Of a stretch of 64,000 bases of DNA, positions 20,714-30,014 are shown one piece after another. Position 1 is the stretch's first letter, and each line of letters starts with the position of its first letter. The notes under the pieces were generated by a model. The model was given only the letters and a program-made list of their open reading frames with translations. It searched no databases and was not told the origin of the DNA. Source of the stretch: Chlamydiia bacterium (GTDB lineage Bacteria > Chlamydiota > Chlamydiia > Chlamydiales > Rhabdochlamydiaceae); contig CAWDOQ010000016.1 of assembly GCA_963804085.1 (NCBI GenBank), forward strand, positions 64,001 through 128,000. The letters run 5' to 3'. Position numbers and translations under genes: made by a program.

Positions 20714-21844
20714 CTATGCGCTGATACTATATTTCGCGATTTCGTTCTGAGAGAGGTTCTTTAGCGCTTGCAACGGAACGTTCTGTACGGCCTGACGCCA
20801 AATTTCCTTGCCAATGGAAAAAAGCACTTTTTGATCGGCTTCTTCTTTCCACGTATGACCATGCGACTTTTTAGCGACATCGGATGAAGCTGGCTCTACA
20901 CTCTCTTGCGAAGTAGATTGTGTTGTTGCTGCACCCGTCTTCGTTCTCTCTGAAAAGAAAAAGAATTGATTGATGACAATATTGACCTGTATGGGAGATT
21001 TTCCATCGTTCGGTGTATCAAACTCAAGCCTTTGCTCGAGCATATACAGAAACCGATCTATCCATTTGATCAATTCGACAATGGATAGAGGATGCTTCCT
21101 AGAGTCGGGCGATCTGAATGCGCTGAGGTAATACCCTACAGTAGCTTGGTATTGCCTCTCCTCCAATTGGAGTAGATTTTTTGGCAAACTATCGATAGTC
21201 GGTCGAGCTGGTAGTGTAAGAGGGGTGAACGTTGGATAGAGAGATAATATTTTCAAAAATCGAAGTAGGCACGGTAGAGAAGTATCCGCCTTTTCTTTCC
21301 ATTGGCGCAACTGTTGATCAGGAGGAAGTGAGTTAAGGCTCTTGTCCACATAATCGGGCCAATCAAAAACCTCCACAGAGCAACCACGCTTTTTCTCGGT
21401 CCGCATCCAACCTTCGAATAGGAGGCAATTTTTTTCTTCTTTGGCAACTTCCGAATACAAGTGTCTGAGTTGAAAAAGAAGGCTGCCAGCATAGCCATTG
21501 GCATTAAGAGACAGGGTATGAAAGTTGAGCAGCGCGTTTACATCAGCCATTGCAAATGAGTCAGGCGCCCATTTGACGTGCGGCAACAAAATTTTGATTT
21601 TCTCATGGAACCATGCCACGGCTTTTTCGAGATTTTCAAAAGCAATGCGATCTTCTTCTGCTAGCTCGGTTTCTGCGGAAGCTATGATACAATCGATATG
21701 GGGCTGGCGGCGAACCTTTGCAATGAGAACCCCGAGATGGGTTAGCGCCCCTCCAATCGTTTCCGAGGTTTTGATGAGGTTGAATTCCGTAGAGATCGCA
21801 TCTCGTAAACAGCGCCTATCCTTTTGCTTCGCTTCCATTGCCAC
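20714..21844 (-). CDS. Hypothetical protein directly downstream of the integrase
   Basis: 376-aa ORF starting 2 nt after the integrase stop; no recognised motif. Confidence 0.6.
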   Translation of the reverse strand: MAMEAKQKDRRCLRDAISTEFNLIKTSETIGGALTHLGVLIAKVRRQPHIDCIIASAETELAEEDRIAFENLEKAVAWFHEKIKILLPHVKWAPDSFAMADVNALLNFHTLSLNANGYAGSLLFQLRHLYSEVAKEEKNCLLFEGWMRTEKKRGCSVEVFDWPDYVDKSLNSLPPDQQLRQWKEKADTSLPCLLRFLKILSLYPTFTPLTLPARPTIDSLPKNLLQLEERQYQATVGYYLSAFRSPDSRKHPLSIVELIKWIDRFLYMLEQRLEFDTPNDGKSPIQVNIVINQFFFFSERTKTGAATTQSTSQESVEPASSDVAKKSHGHTWKEEADQKVLFSIGKEIWRQAVQNVPLQALKNLSQNEIAKYSISA

Positions 21845-21846
21845 TC

Positions 21847-22911
21847 CTAATTCAATAAATTTGCCTGTGTGCGTTCCATCACGTTTGCGATGTGCTTTTG
21901 GCTATAGTGGGCATACCGCCTAGTCATTGTCGGCGTTTTATGTCCCAGAATGGCCATTAATTCCCCTTGCGTCGCGCCACTCATTGCTAAAAAAGACGCA
22001 GCAGCATGCCTGAGGTCGTGAAACCGAAAATTTGGAATTTTTGCTCGATGAAGAGCTTTTACAAACGCATTCCGAATGTCTACCAACCCTGATCGATTGG
22101 TTGGACTGGTCGGTTTGAAAATTAGACCAGATGCTATATCGGTCTTCTGCCAATTGACCAAAATCTTTTCTACCGTATCAGTTAAAGGGAGAATTCTTCT
22201 TTCCCCATTTTTTGTTTTTTCAAGAGTGATAGTCCGATTCTGACGATCGACGTCTTCCCACTTCAATCCAACAATTTCTCCAAATCGCATGCCTGTCAAA
22301 AGCGCCAAAGAAACAATAGGAAAAAGATGGGGATTAGGGGAAAGCTTGCATTCTTGTAAAAGACGATCTTTCTCCTCTAAACTAAGAAGACGATTCCTTC
22401 CATTCCCTTCAGATGGCTTTGAGACTTTTCTCATGGGGGTATCATCAATCCAGCCCCACTCTTTCATCGCAATAGTCAAAGCCCTGGAAAAAGCAGCTAA
22501 ATATCGATTCACCGTCGCTGGGTTTCGTAATTTTTGCCTAGTAGTGACCTCCGAGAGCAAAGCATCTCTCGCTTCAGCGATAACGGCTGGAGTTAAATCC
22601 GCTAGGAGCAAATGGCCAAGCCTCTCTTTCCACCAAGCAAGATAAGCCGTTTGTCTCACTACCCTATCAGGAAACTGTGGCAACCACTGAGAAATGAATC
22701 TATCTATTAAATCTTTAACTGTGTGCTTTTTGGCTTCGGCGATTCGAAAATGCCTACCGTCTCGAATCGACGATTCCGTGTCTTGAATCCATTTCTTTGC
22801 TAATGTCCTGGTTCGGAAATTCTCCCTTTGAGGAGGGTAACCTTTTAGGCGGACTTCTGCATGGTAAGTGATTGTTCCGTCGTCCTTCTTGTACTCCCGA
22901 ATTGTTGCCAT
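21847..22911 (-). CDS. Tyrosine recombinase / phage integrase
   Basis: Catalytic set TGMRFGE (R), KTKNG (K), FHDLRH (HxxR), LGHK (H), RRYAH (Y); N-terminal arm-binding-like domain; GGAGG RBS. Confidence 0.96.
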   Translation of the reverse strand: MATIREYKKDDGTITYHAEVRLKGYPPQRENFRTRTLAKKWIQDTESSIRDGRHFRIAEAKKHTVKDLIDRFISQWLPQFPDRVVRQTAYLAWWKERLGHLLLADLTPAVIAEARDALLSEVTTRQKLRNPATVNRYLAAFSRALTIAMKEWGWIDDTPMRKVSKPSEGNGRNRLLSLEEKDRLLQECKLSPNPHLFPIVSLALLTGMRFGEIVGLKWEDVDRQNRTITLEKTKNGERRILPLTDTVEKILVNWQKTDIASGLIFKPTSPTNRSGLVDIRNAFVKALHRAKIPNFRFHDLRHAAASFLAMSGATQGELMAILGHKTPTMTRRYAHYSQKHIANVMERTQANLLN

Positions 22912-23247
22912 GATCCTCCAGATGCAAATGGATCATTCTAGAAAACACTGGAATAAACAGCAACAAGAGACGAATATTCTCACAGCCTTCAAGATGCATA
23001 TACCTGATATTCAATGATAAATAGATATTGCTATGTGCTGATTACGCACTTATTACGCATTACAAGAATGTTTTACCATGTCCTATCGCAAGGATTCCAG
23101 AGGGAGATGCTAAATCTCCGAAAAACGAGTTGTTAAAATTCCTATCCTTGTATACCATCGTATTTAGCTGTTTTTGAGACACTTACAATATTTTGTGTTA
23201 AACTTTTAACGCTACGGATGTTAAAGACCGAAGGGAAGGGATGTTAA

Positions 23248-24405
23248 ATGACAAAGGCCGAATTTAAACACTATGACTTGACTTTGGTAGAGCCTACTTT
23301 TGACTCTCCTCTAACAGACCTTATTATCGATTTGAACCATCTTCGGAAAAAACGTTTAGATGGGACGACTCCTTCCCAGGTTTTTTTCAATCTCAAGAGC
23401 ATTTTCCATATGCTGGAGAGTATCGGCTCGGCGCGCATCGAGGGAAATAACACTTCGCTTCTTGAGTATATAGAGACCAAGCTGGAAGAGAAGGTTGATG
23501 TGCCTATGGGAGTCAAAGAGATCCAAAACATCGAAAGTGCCATGGATTTCATTGAAAACAACGTAAAAAAGCATCCGATCAATCGAGCTTTTGTCAGCGA
23601 AATTCATAGGATGGTTGTCGAGGGATTACCCACTTCGCCAAAGGGAGAGGGGGATAAAACTCCAGGTCAATACAGGAAGTCAAATTTACAAATCACAAAA
23701 TCTAAGCATCTACCGCCAGAGTGGGTACTCGTTGATGAATATATGAATGAATTATTCGACTTCATCAATCAGGACAGCGGCGCAAAATTCGATCTGTTAA
23801 AAACAGCGATTGCTCACCATCGATTCGTATGGATACATCCATTTGGCAATGGCAACGGACGGACAGTACGTTTATTCACTTACGCAATGTTGATCAAGCT
23901 CGGCTTCAATGTAAACGTAGGGAGAATCATCAATCCTACGGCCGTTTTCTGTAATCACCGAAATAATTACTACAAGTATCTCGAGCAGGCTGATACTGGA
24001 GAAAAATCGGGCATTCTGGCTTGGTGTGAATACGTACTCCGTGGTCTAAAAGAGGAGATCGAAAAAATCGACAAGCTTCTCGACTATGACTATCTGGCCA
24101 AGGAAATTTTGGTGCCCACAATCAACTATTCTCTCGAAAGAAAGTATATCACAGATGTCGAAGCAAAAATATTGAAAATGGCTGTCGAGAAAAAAATGAT
24201 CCAATCGAGTGACTTAAAAGAGATCTTTCAAGGAAAACACGGCGCAGAACTATCCCGACAAATCAAGAGGCTTGTGGATAAGAAAATGCTTCAACGCATC
24301 GGCTTCAAAGACTACGTCATCAGTTTCGGCGACAACTACCTGCTTCGGGGCATCATGAAGGTGCTGGGAGAAAAGGATTTTCTGCCTCACCTTGATGGAA
24401 AATAG
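23248..24405 (+). CDS. Fic family protein (class II-like)
   Basis: HPFGNGNGRTVR active-site motif and N-terminal SARIEGN inhibitory motif. Confidence 0.92.
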   Translation: MTKAEFKHYDLTLVEPTFDSPLTDLIIDLNHLRKKRLDGTTPSQVFFNLKSIFHMLESIGSARIEGNNTSLLEYIETKLEEKVDVPMGVKEIQNIESAMDFIENNVKKHPINRAFVSEIHRMVVEGLPTSPKGEGDKTPGQYRKSNLQITKSKHLPPEWVLVDEYMNELFDFINQDSGAKFDLLKTAIAHHRFVWIHPFGNGNGRTVRLFTYAMLIKLGFNVNVGRIINPTAVFCNHRNNYYKYLEQADTGEKSGILAWCEYVLRGLKEEIEKIDKLLDYDYLAKEILVPTINYSLERKYITDVEAKILKMAVEKKMIQSSDLKEIFQGKHGAELSRQIKRLVDKKMLQRIGFKDYVISFGDNYLLRGIMKVLGEKDFLPHLDGK

Positions 24406-24551
24406 AAGATTTTTCGAGAAAATTTTACTCCAGTTTCACCCTATTGAGTGCGTAAAAATTGCGTAAATGAATGGCATGAAATTTCGAGTTGAGTTGTCTA
24501 TGGAAAATAAATAGATACAAAAAAGCGTTCGATTCTCTCCACCTCCAATCG

Positions 24552-24583
24552 AAAAGGCTAGGCCCACAGGCCTAGCCTTTTTT
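24552..24583 (+). terminator. Intrinsic terminator after attR (probably the original ssrA terminator)
   Basis: AAAAGGCTAGGCC-CACA-GGCCTAGCCTTTT plus T tract. Confidence 0.85.
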
Positions 24584-24584
24584 A

Positions 24585-24750
24585 TTGGAGGCGAGCAAGC
24601 GAACAGTTTGGCTCGCGAGAAAATCGAGTTCAGCTCGATGTTTTGCCTTGCAAAACCGAAGCGAAAGATCCGCCAGCCGGAAGACTAAGGGGCAACCGCC
24701 CCGAGCGCGAGGGCTTTCCTTAAAGTCAAAAATCAGAATGCAAAATGAGA
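24585..24750. repeat. tmRNA-associated structured repeat unit, copy 1
   Basis: Starts with an inverted degenerate tmRNA 3' end; shares GCAAAACCGA...CCGGAAGACTA.GGGGCAACCGCCCC.AGCGCGAGGGCTT with 28659-28721 and AAAGTCAAAA.TCAGAATGCAAAATG with 29957-29982. Confidence 0.75.
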
Positions 24751-24800
24751 AGTAAGCCCGGGAAAAGATTGGCCTGTTTAACGATTAGAATAACAATTTA

Positions 24801-25078
24801 AGGCCCGAAGGGCTGCAATACCATAGCCCAGGTCGAAGCGCAGCGGAGGCCTGGGTTTCGGAAAAGTTTATCGAACCATTTTTAGGCCCGAAGGGCTGCA
24901 ATACCACGAGGTCGTAGCGCAGCGGAGGCCGGGATTCGAAAACCTACTTGAGTTGGAGGACGGTATTTTTAATCGATAAGATGAAAATGCTGTCTTAACA
25001 GGACTCCAGATGGATTATTTGTAAACGAGACTTTCGCTGTGCTTCAACCTGGGCTATGATATTATAGCTCTTTGGGCC
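24801..25078. repeat. REP-like repeat cluster AGGCCCGAAGGGCTGCAATA
   Basis: Direct copies at 24801 and 24884, degenerate inverted copy at 25035-25078, further copy at 26146. Confidence 0.8.
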
Positions 25079-25269
25079 GAAAAACAGGAATCTTTTCTGC
25101 TAAACGGGGAGCTAATTTAAGAAAATTCCTAGTTTTTTCAAGTCAAAGCTTCGAATGGAAAAGGAAAAAGTAAAGCCCAGGCCATTGGAGATAAAATATT
25201 TTAATAGTTATAAAAAAACCGCCTTCAGTAAAAGACAAAGGCAGAAATTTTAATTAATCAGAGAAAATT

Positions 25270-26145
25270 ATGACGTCGATTGTAAAAAACAGTTCAAAAT
25301 TAGCATGGAACGGAATGTTTCAAAAAGTTGGGCACGATATCGATCGGATCGTGACCTCTTATTTGGACGAAAAAGGTTTGAATGTAGCACTTACTGTATG
25401 CAAAAGATGGAGAGACAACACCCCTTTGGCTTCGTTGAAAAAGCGCTGCATCGTCGAATGGCGCAAAGACCAAGCCGCCATTGCCGCTGGTTGCGATGAA
25501 TTGCTAGTCAAATTCTTACGTAGAAATCACATCTGCTTCTGGGACCTGCCTCTTCATCCACACGATTGCTGGCCTACGTAACGACCAAATTGATATGCCG
25601 ATAATCAACAACACGTCTTGTTCAATTGCCAAAGTCTACAGTCGCGCAAGGGATAGTGTGGGGCTCATACTTGCTCTACAAAGCAAAAAAAGCGGGGTGT
25701 TGTAGCGGACCTCTGGAATTTGTCCGCCATCTTGAGAAACTATCGATAGGACATCCACATTATTATCTCCAGGAAAGATCGAACCAGAACCAATATTGAA
25801 CTCCCCCCTCTAGTTTATATAATGCCAGTCAGCCATTTGATGAGATTTACCGCGCATCGCACAGCCTCGAATGACGGCCCGATTTATTTAAAATGGTACG
25901 GTAGCTCTTCTTCGTGCCATTGCTCCTCTTTATCCGACACAAACCAGGAAATTGGCCTTGCTAACAGAGTAATGCACGTTTTGCCCGAAAATTCACCGCC
26001 GATCCCAGACGCTATCCCGCTCTTCCTCCCACGGTCAACCAGCTCTACCACTTTTACCAAGAAAAACATCGTTGCCATCTTGCTTGTCTTATGCCTTGCG
26101 AGCTTCATCCGGTTCCATTGGAATCTTTCCAGAGAAGATTTGTAA
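25270..26145 (+). pseudogene. Degraded paralogue of the F-box-like gene at 27745-28629
   Basis: Near-identical 5' (MTSIVKNSSK) and 3' (QEIGLANRVMHVLPENSPPIPDAIP) ends; several frameshifts and stops in between. Confidence 0.85.
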
Positions 26146-26605
26146 AGGCCCGAAGGGCTGCAATAACATAGACCAGGTCGAAGCCTGGGTATTCTCGAAA
26201 ACCCATCTTGAGTCCGGCAAGAGCCACTTGCAAGAATATCTTGCCCCAGAAAAATCGAAGATTTTGAGTCGGTTTGCCGGGGCTGCAAAGCAGCCAGAAT
26301 CCCGCTATTGGGACATACTCGATGAAGAGTAGGACCCCATGGCGGCACGGGAAATGGCTCAAAAGGGCGATTTCGCTGCGGCGGGAATTTTGGAAGTGGC
26401 TCTGTAAGGACGGCATTTCTAATCTCATAGATACTTTTCATCATAATCGACTTGCGCTCGAGCAACATGTTCAAAAAGGCCCGTTCCATTTTCCGTTCAT
26501 TTTTCGCTCTCAAAGTCATTCTTCCATACTTTTCACGCCTAAAAATGTCTTGCAACTCACACAATTTTTGAATATTCTGTGGGGCAACTAAAATAGGGAG
26601 TTGAA

Positions 26606-27678
26606 ATGGATAAAGTTTTTCGTTTTTTTGCGGGCGCGTTAACTATCATTGCATGCGCAGGATTTGCGGAATCTGCTCAGAATCCAAAGATAGATTGTTG
26701 TAAAGCTAGCTGTCCTTCTATTAGGCCTGATCTTAAATGCGATGTGGGGATTTCATTCTCCTCCGATTTTCTCTATTGGCAAACGAGCCAAACTGGGAAC
26801 TGGTATGGCCAGGTTGCTAATTTCCATACGTCGATTCCGAACCCAGCCGGCGGCGACAACAATTTTTTTGGTGATTACAAGAACCCCAAATATAAATTCG
26901 ATCCAGGAGTACGCGTTTCTTTGGGATTTAGACCGCACTATGATCACTGGCAAATCGACTTTGTCTGGACTCACATGAATTCGAAAGCTTTGGGATTTTC
27001 TGATCTCCCTGGGCATTTGAAACCTCGGTCATAATCCCGAATCCTCTTTTTTTCGTTCCTCAAATTCTTAACAATAACAGCGTGAACGCAAACGCTATCT
27101 GGAGATCTAACTACAATACGATCGATTTGGATATCAACAGAGAGATTCCCTTGGGTAAATATTTTGGACTCAAAGGCCACTTTGGTCTTAAAAATCTATG
27201 GCTCAATGAAAAATATCATATTTTTGCCCTCGCCGCTTACACAGCTGAACTTCCCGAACCACTCTTTGTCGTCAATTCCGAATCCAATATGGTGCAAAAG
27301 ATCTGGGGAATAGGTCCTATGGTTGGTTTGGACTCGTATTGGAAGGTCTATAAAGGGTTCAATCTGTTCGGAAAAGCTGCGGTTTCTCTGGTATGGAGCC
27401 ATGTCAAATCTACTGTTTTGGGACAATTTTTTAATGGAACCGAGCCCGTTGTCGTTACAGCTATGACCTCAAATTTCCACACTGTTTTACCTGAGATCGA
27501 TCTAATTGTAGGCGGAGAATACGATATCAACTTTTGCGACAACAGATATCACCTAACTCTCCGGGCCGGATGGGAATTGATCACTCTATTCAATGCAAAC
27601 TTTCTGGGAGCTTCCTACAGTTCACTTGGCGATTTCAACATGAGCGGATTGACTACTGGCTTCATCTTTAATTTCTAG
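26606..27678 (+). CDS. Lpg1974/MOMP-like porin, frameshifted near 27010
   Basis: DFLYWQ and PGVRVSLG in ORF 26606-27034; LRAGWE and C-terminal F in ORF 27082-27678; adding one G to CCTGGGCATTT joins them. Confidence 0.8.
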
Positions 27679-27744
27679 AGAGTGTAGTAGACCCGCTTTT
27701 CAGCAAAATACAAAGTGCGAATTTTTAATTAACCTGAGAAAATT

Positions 27745-28629
27745 ATGGCGTCGATTGTAAAAAACAGTTCAAAATCAGCTTGGGATGGAATGTTTCAAAA
27801 AGTCGGGCACGATATTGATCGGATCGTGACCTCTTATTTCGACGTAAAAGATTTGAATGTACTTGCTGTATGCAAAAGATGGAAAGATAACGCCTCTTTG
27901 GCTTCATTGAAAGGGCGCTGTATTCTCGAATGGCGCAAAGACCAAGCCGCCATTGCTGCTGGTTGCAATGAATGGCTAGTCCAATTCTTACGTGGAAATA
28001 ACATCTGCTTCTGGGATCTACCTCTTCATGCACACGATGGCTCTCCCCTACCCAAGACGAAAATTGATATGCCGATAATCAACGGCACATCTTGTTCAAT
28101 TGCCCAATTCAGAAATGGAAGGGATCTTGTGGGGCTCGTGTTTGCTCTACAAAGCAAAAAAAAGGGGTTTATTTTAGCGGACCCTCTGGGATTTGTCAGC
28201 CGCCGTCGTTACGAAAAATTTAAATTGCAATTCACATTACTCTCTCCAGAAAATATTGAACCAGGAACCAACATTGAGAATCCCCTTCAAGTTTATATAA
28301 TGCCAGTCATGGGGGGGACGAGAATGATGATGAAATTTACCGCGTACCACACAGCACCGTGTTGTTTAGATGTTAGTTCTTTAGATGCTTGGGAAGCTCT
28401 TGACGCCATTGCTCCTCTTTTATCCAACACACACCAGGAAATTGGCCTTGCTAACAGAGTAATGCACGTTTTGCCCGAAAATTCACCGCCGATCCCAGAC
28501 GCTATCCCCCTCGTTCTTCCACGGCCAACCAGCTCTACCACTTTCACCAAGAACAACATTGTTGCCATCCTGCTTGGCTTATGCCTTGCGAGCTTCATCC
28601 GGTACCTTTGGAATCTTTCCAGAGAGTAA
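27745..28629 (+). CDS. F-box-like protein with C-terminal hydrophobic anchor (putative effector)
   Basis: DIDRIVTSYFDVKDLNVLAVCKRWK F-box-like motif; C-terminal IVAILLGLCLASFIRYLW. Confidence 0.65.
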   Translation: MASIVKNSSKSAWDGMFQKVGHDIDRIVTSYFDVKDLNVLAVCKRWKDNASLASLKGRCILEWRKDQAAIAAGCNEWLVQFLRGNNICFWDLPLHAHDGSPLPKTKIDMPIINGTSCSIAQFRNGRDLVGLVFALQSKKKGFILADPLGFVSRRRYEKFKLQFTLLSPENIEPGTNIENPLQVYIMPVMGGTRMMMKFTAYHTAPCCLDVSSLDAWEALDAIAPLLSNTHQEIGLANRVMHVLPENSPPIPDAIPLVLPRPTSSTTFTKNNIVAILLGLCLASFIRYLWNLSRE

Positions 28630-28793
28630 TCTCCTATCAAAAGTTCTGAATGCATCTCGCAAAACCGAGCGAGGCCGCCGGTCCGGAAGACTAGGGGCAA
28701 CCGCCCCTAGCGCGAGGGCTTCTCTCCAAGCCTCGCAAAAAATAATGACAAAAGGCACACATTAGGCTACACTAGGTTAAAAGGTGGAGGTTG

Positions 28794-29113
28794 ATGCCAA
28801 TTTACATTTTTTCTCCTGAAAAAACCTAGCACTGATAGAAGAGAGAAATATTAGTTTTGATGAAGTGATTGCCGCCATTGAAAATGATCAAATATTGGAT
28901 ATTGTGGAGCACCCGAATAAGCAAAAGTATGGAAATCAAAAAATGTACGTGATTTGGGTAAAAGAATATGTATACCTGGTTCCATTTGTGATTGATATGA
29001 ATGGAGATATCTTCCTTAAAACCATTATCCCAAGCAAAAAGCAAAACGAAAATATATTCAGGAGCACTGATGAAAAAAAGCAGAAAATCGATGCGAAAAA
29101 AACTCGATCCTGA
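28794..29113 (+). CDS. BrnT-like type II toxin, frameshift in an A-run near 28822
   Basis: GGAGG RBS then ATG 28794; one extra A gives MPIYIFSPEKNLALIEERNISFDEV; HPN..KY..Q, YVYLVPFV, FLKTIIPS. Confidence 0.75.
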
Positions 29114-29360
29114 TGAGAATGATCTCCTATCCTCTTTTGAAAAAGGTGAATGGAAAACAGTAACCAATGTTAAAAAAGAAAAATCGCGTGCACGAAAAGC
29201 TGCAGCAAAAACACTCCGAAAGGACATACGAATTAATATTCGACTATCCAGCAGCGATGTCATGAATATTAAACAAATAGCAGCTTATGAAGGGTTACCC
29301 TATCAAACGCTTATCGCCAGCGTTTTACATAAATATGCTGCAGGGCATTTGGCCCTCTAA
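29091..29360 (+). CDS. BrnA/CopG-like antitoxin
   Basis: LD..E..LL.SFE.GEW and RINIRL...D...IK..A..EGLPYQTLIASVLHKY. Confidence 0.85.
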   Translation: MRKKLDPDENDLLSSFEKGEWKTVTNVKKEKSRARKAAAKTLRKDIRINIRLSSSDVMNIKQIAAYEGLPYQTLIASVLHKYAAGHLAL

Positions 29361-29472
29361 TCTTTCTTGTTTGATAGAAGATACAGTGGCTGGCTGGATG
29401 CAACTGCAGTAAAAACTATTTAATTTTCACTTCTTTCCTGTTAAACTTCCCGACTTACACCAAGAGAACAAA

Positions 29473-29991
29473 ATGCCATCTAATACAATCGAAAAAGTTC
29501 AAGCTACAGCCCTCAAAGAATACAAAGCTTTTTTCAAAGAGATTAAAGAAAAAATCCTAACTTCCCAGGTAAAAGCTGCCTTAGCTGTAAATCACGAACT
29601 CATCAATCTTTACTGGGAAATAGGTTCTAAGATTCATCTCAAACAAAAAGATGAAGGCTGGGGTGCCAAGACCGTCGAAAATTTAGCCAAGGACCTCAAA
29701 TCTACCTTTCCAGAGATGAAGGGATTCTCTCTAACAAACATCAAATACATGGTTCAATTCGCAAAGGAATATCCAGAATTTGCAATTAGCCAACAGGTTG
29801 TTGGCCAAATTCCATGGGGTCACAACATCCTTCTCCTTCAAAAACTTGAAACTCTCCAGGATAGGCTCTGGTATGCCCATAAAACAATTGAACATGGATG
29901 GAGTCGAAACGTCTTAATGCATTGGCTAGATAGCGTCTCTCCACCTCCAAGTGAAGAAAGTCAAAAGTCAGAATGCAAAATGCAGAACTAA
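29473..29991 (+). pseudogene. DUF1016 (YhcG-like) N-terminal domain, truncated at the att-like core
   Basis: VNHELINLYWEIG, WGAK.VE.LA.DL, GFS..N..YM.QF, IPWGHN, WSRNVL; homology ends at ~29935 and the nuclease domain is absent. Confidence 0.85.
29936..29950 (+). repeat. Extra copy of the tmRNA 3' end (att core)
   Basis: TCTCTCCACCTCCAA, identical to 14174-14188. Confidence 0.85.
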
Positions 29992-30014
29992 AGGCCGGAA
30001 AATTCCGAGCCTTT

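Larger units (their letters stand above)
14167..24548. mobile_element. Integrative element (phage-satellite-like genomic island) at the tmRNA 3' end
   Basis: 22-bp direct repeat GTTCGATTCTCTCCACCTCCAA at 14167-14188 and 24527-24548; tyrosine integrase, P-loop replication protein and HGGxSTG protein inside. Confidence 0.92.

Noticed and set aside
21847..22911. Classical integron integrase (IntI) with attC cassettes
   Set aside because: I see no IntI-specific insertion, the protein has a phage-type N-terminal arm-binding-like region, and no attC-type sites were recognised; the array is tied to tmRNA cores instead.
14167..24548. Complete prophage or conjugative element
   Set aside because: No capsid, portal, large terminase, tail, relaxase or type IV secretion genes between the att sites.
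25884..26564. 226-aa minus-strand ORF
   Set aside because: Antisense to the F-box-like pseudogene and runs through REP-like repeats; no recognisable motif.
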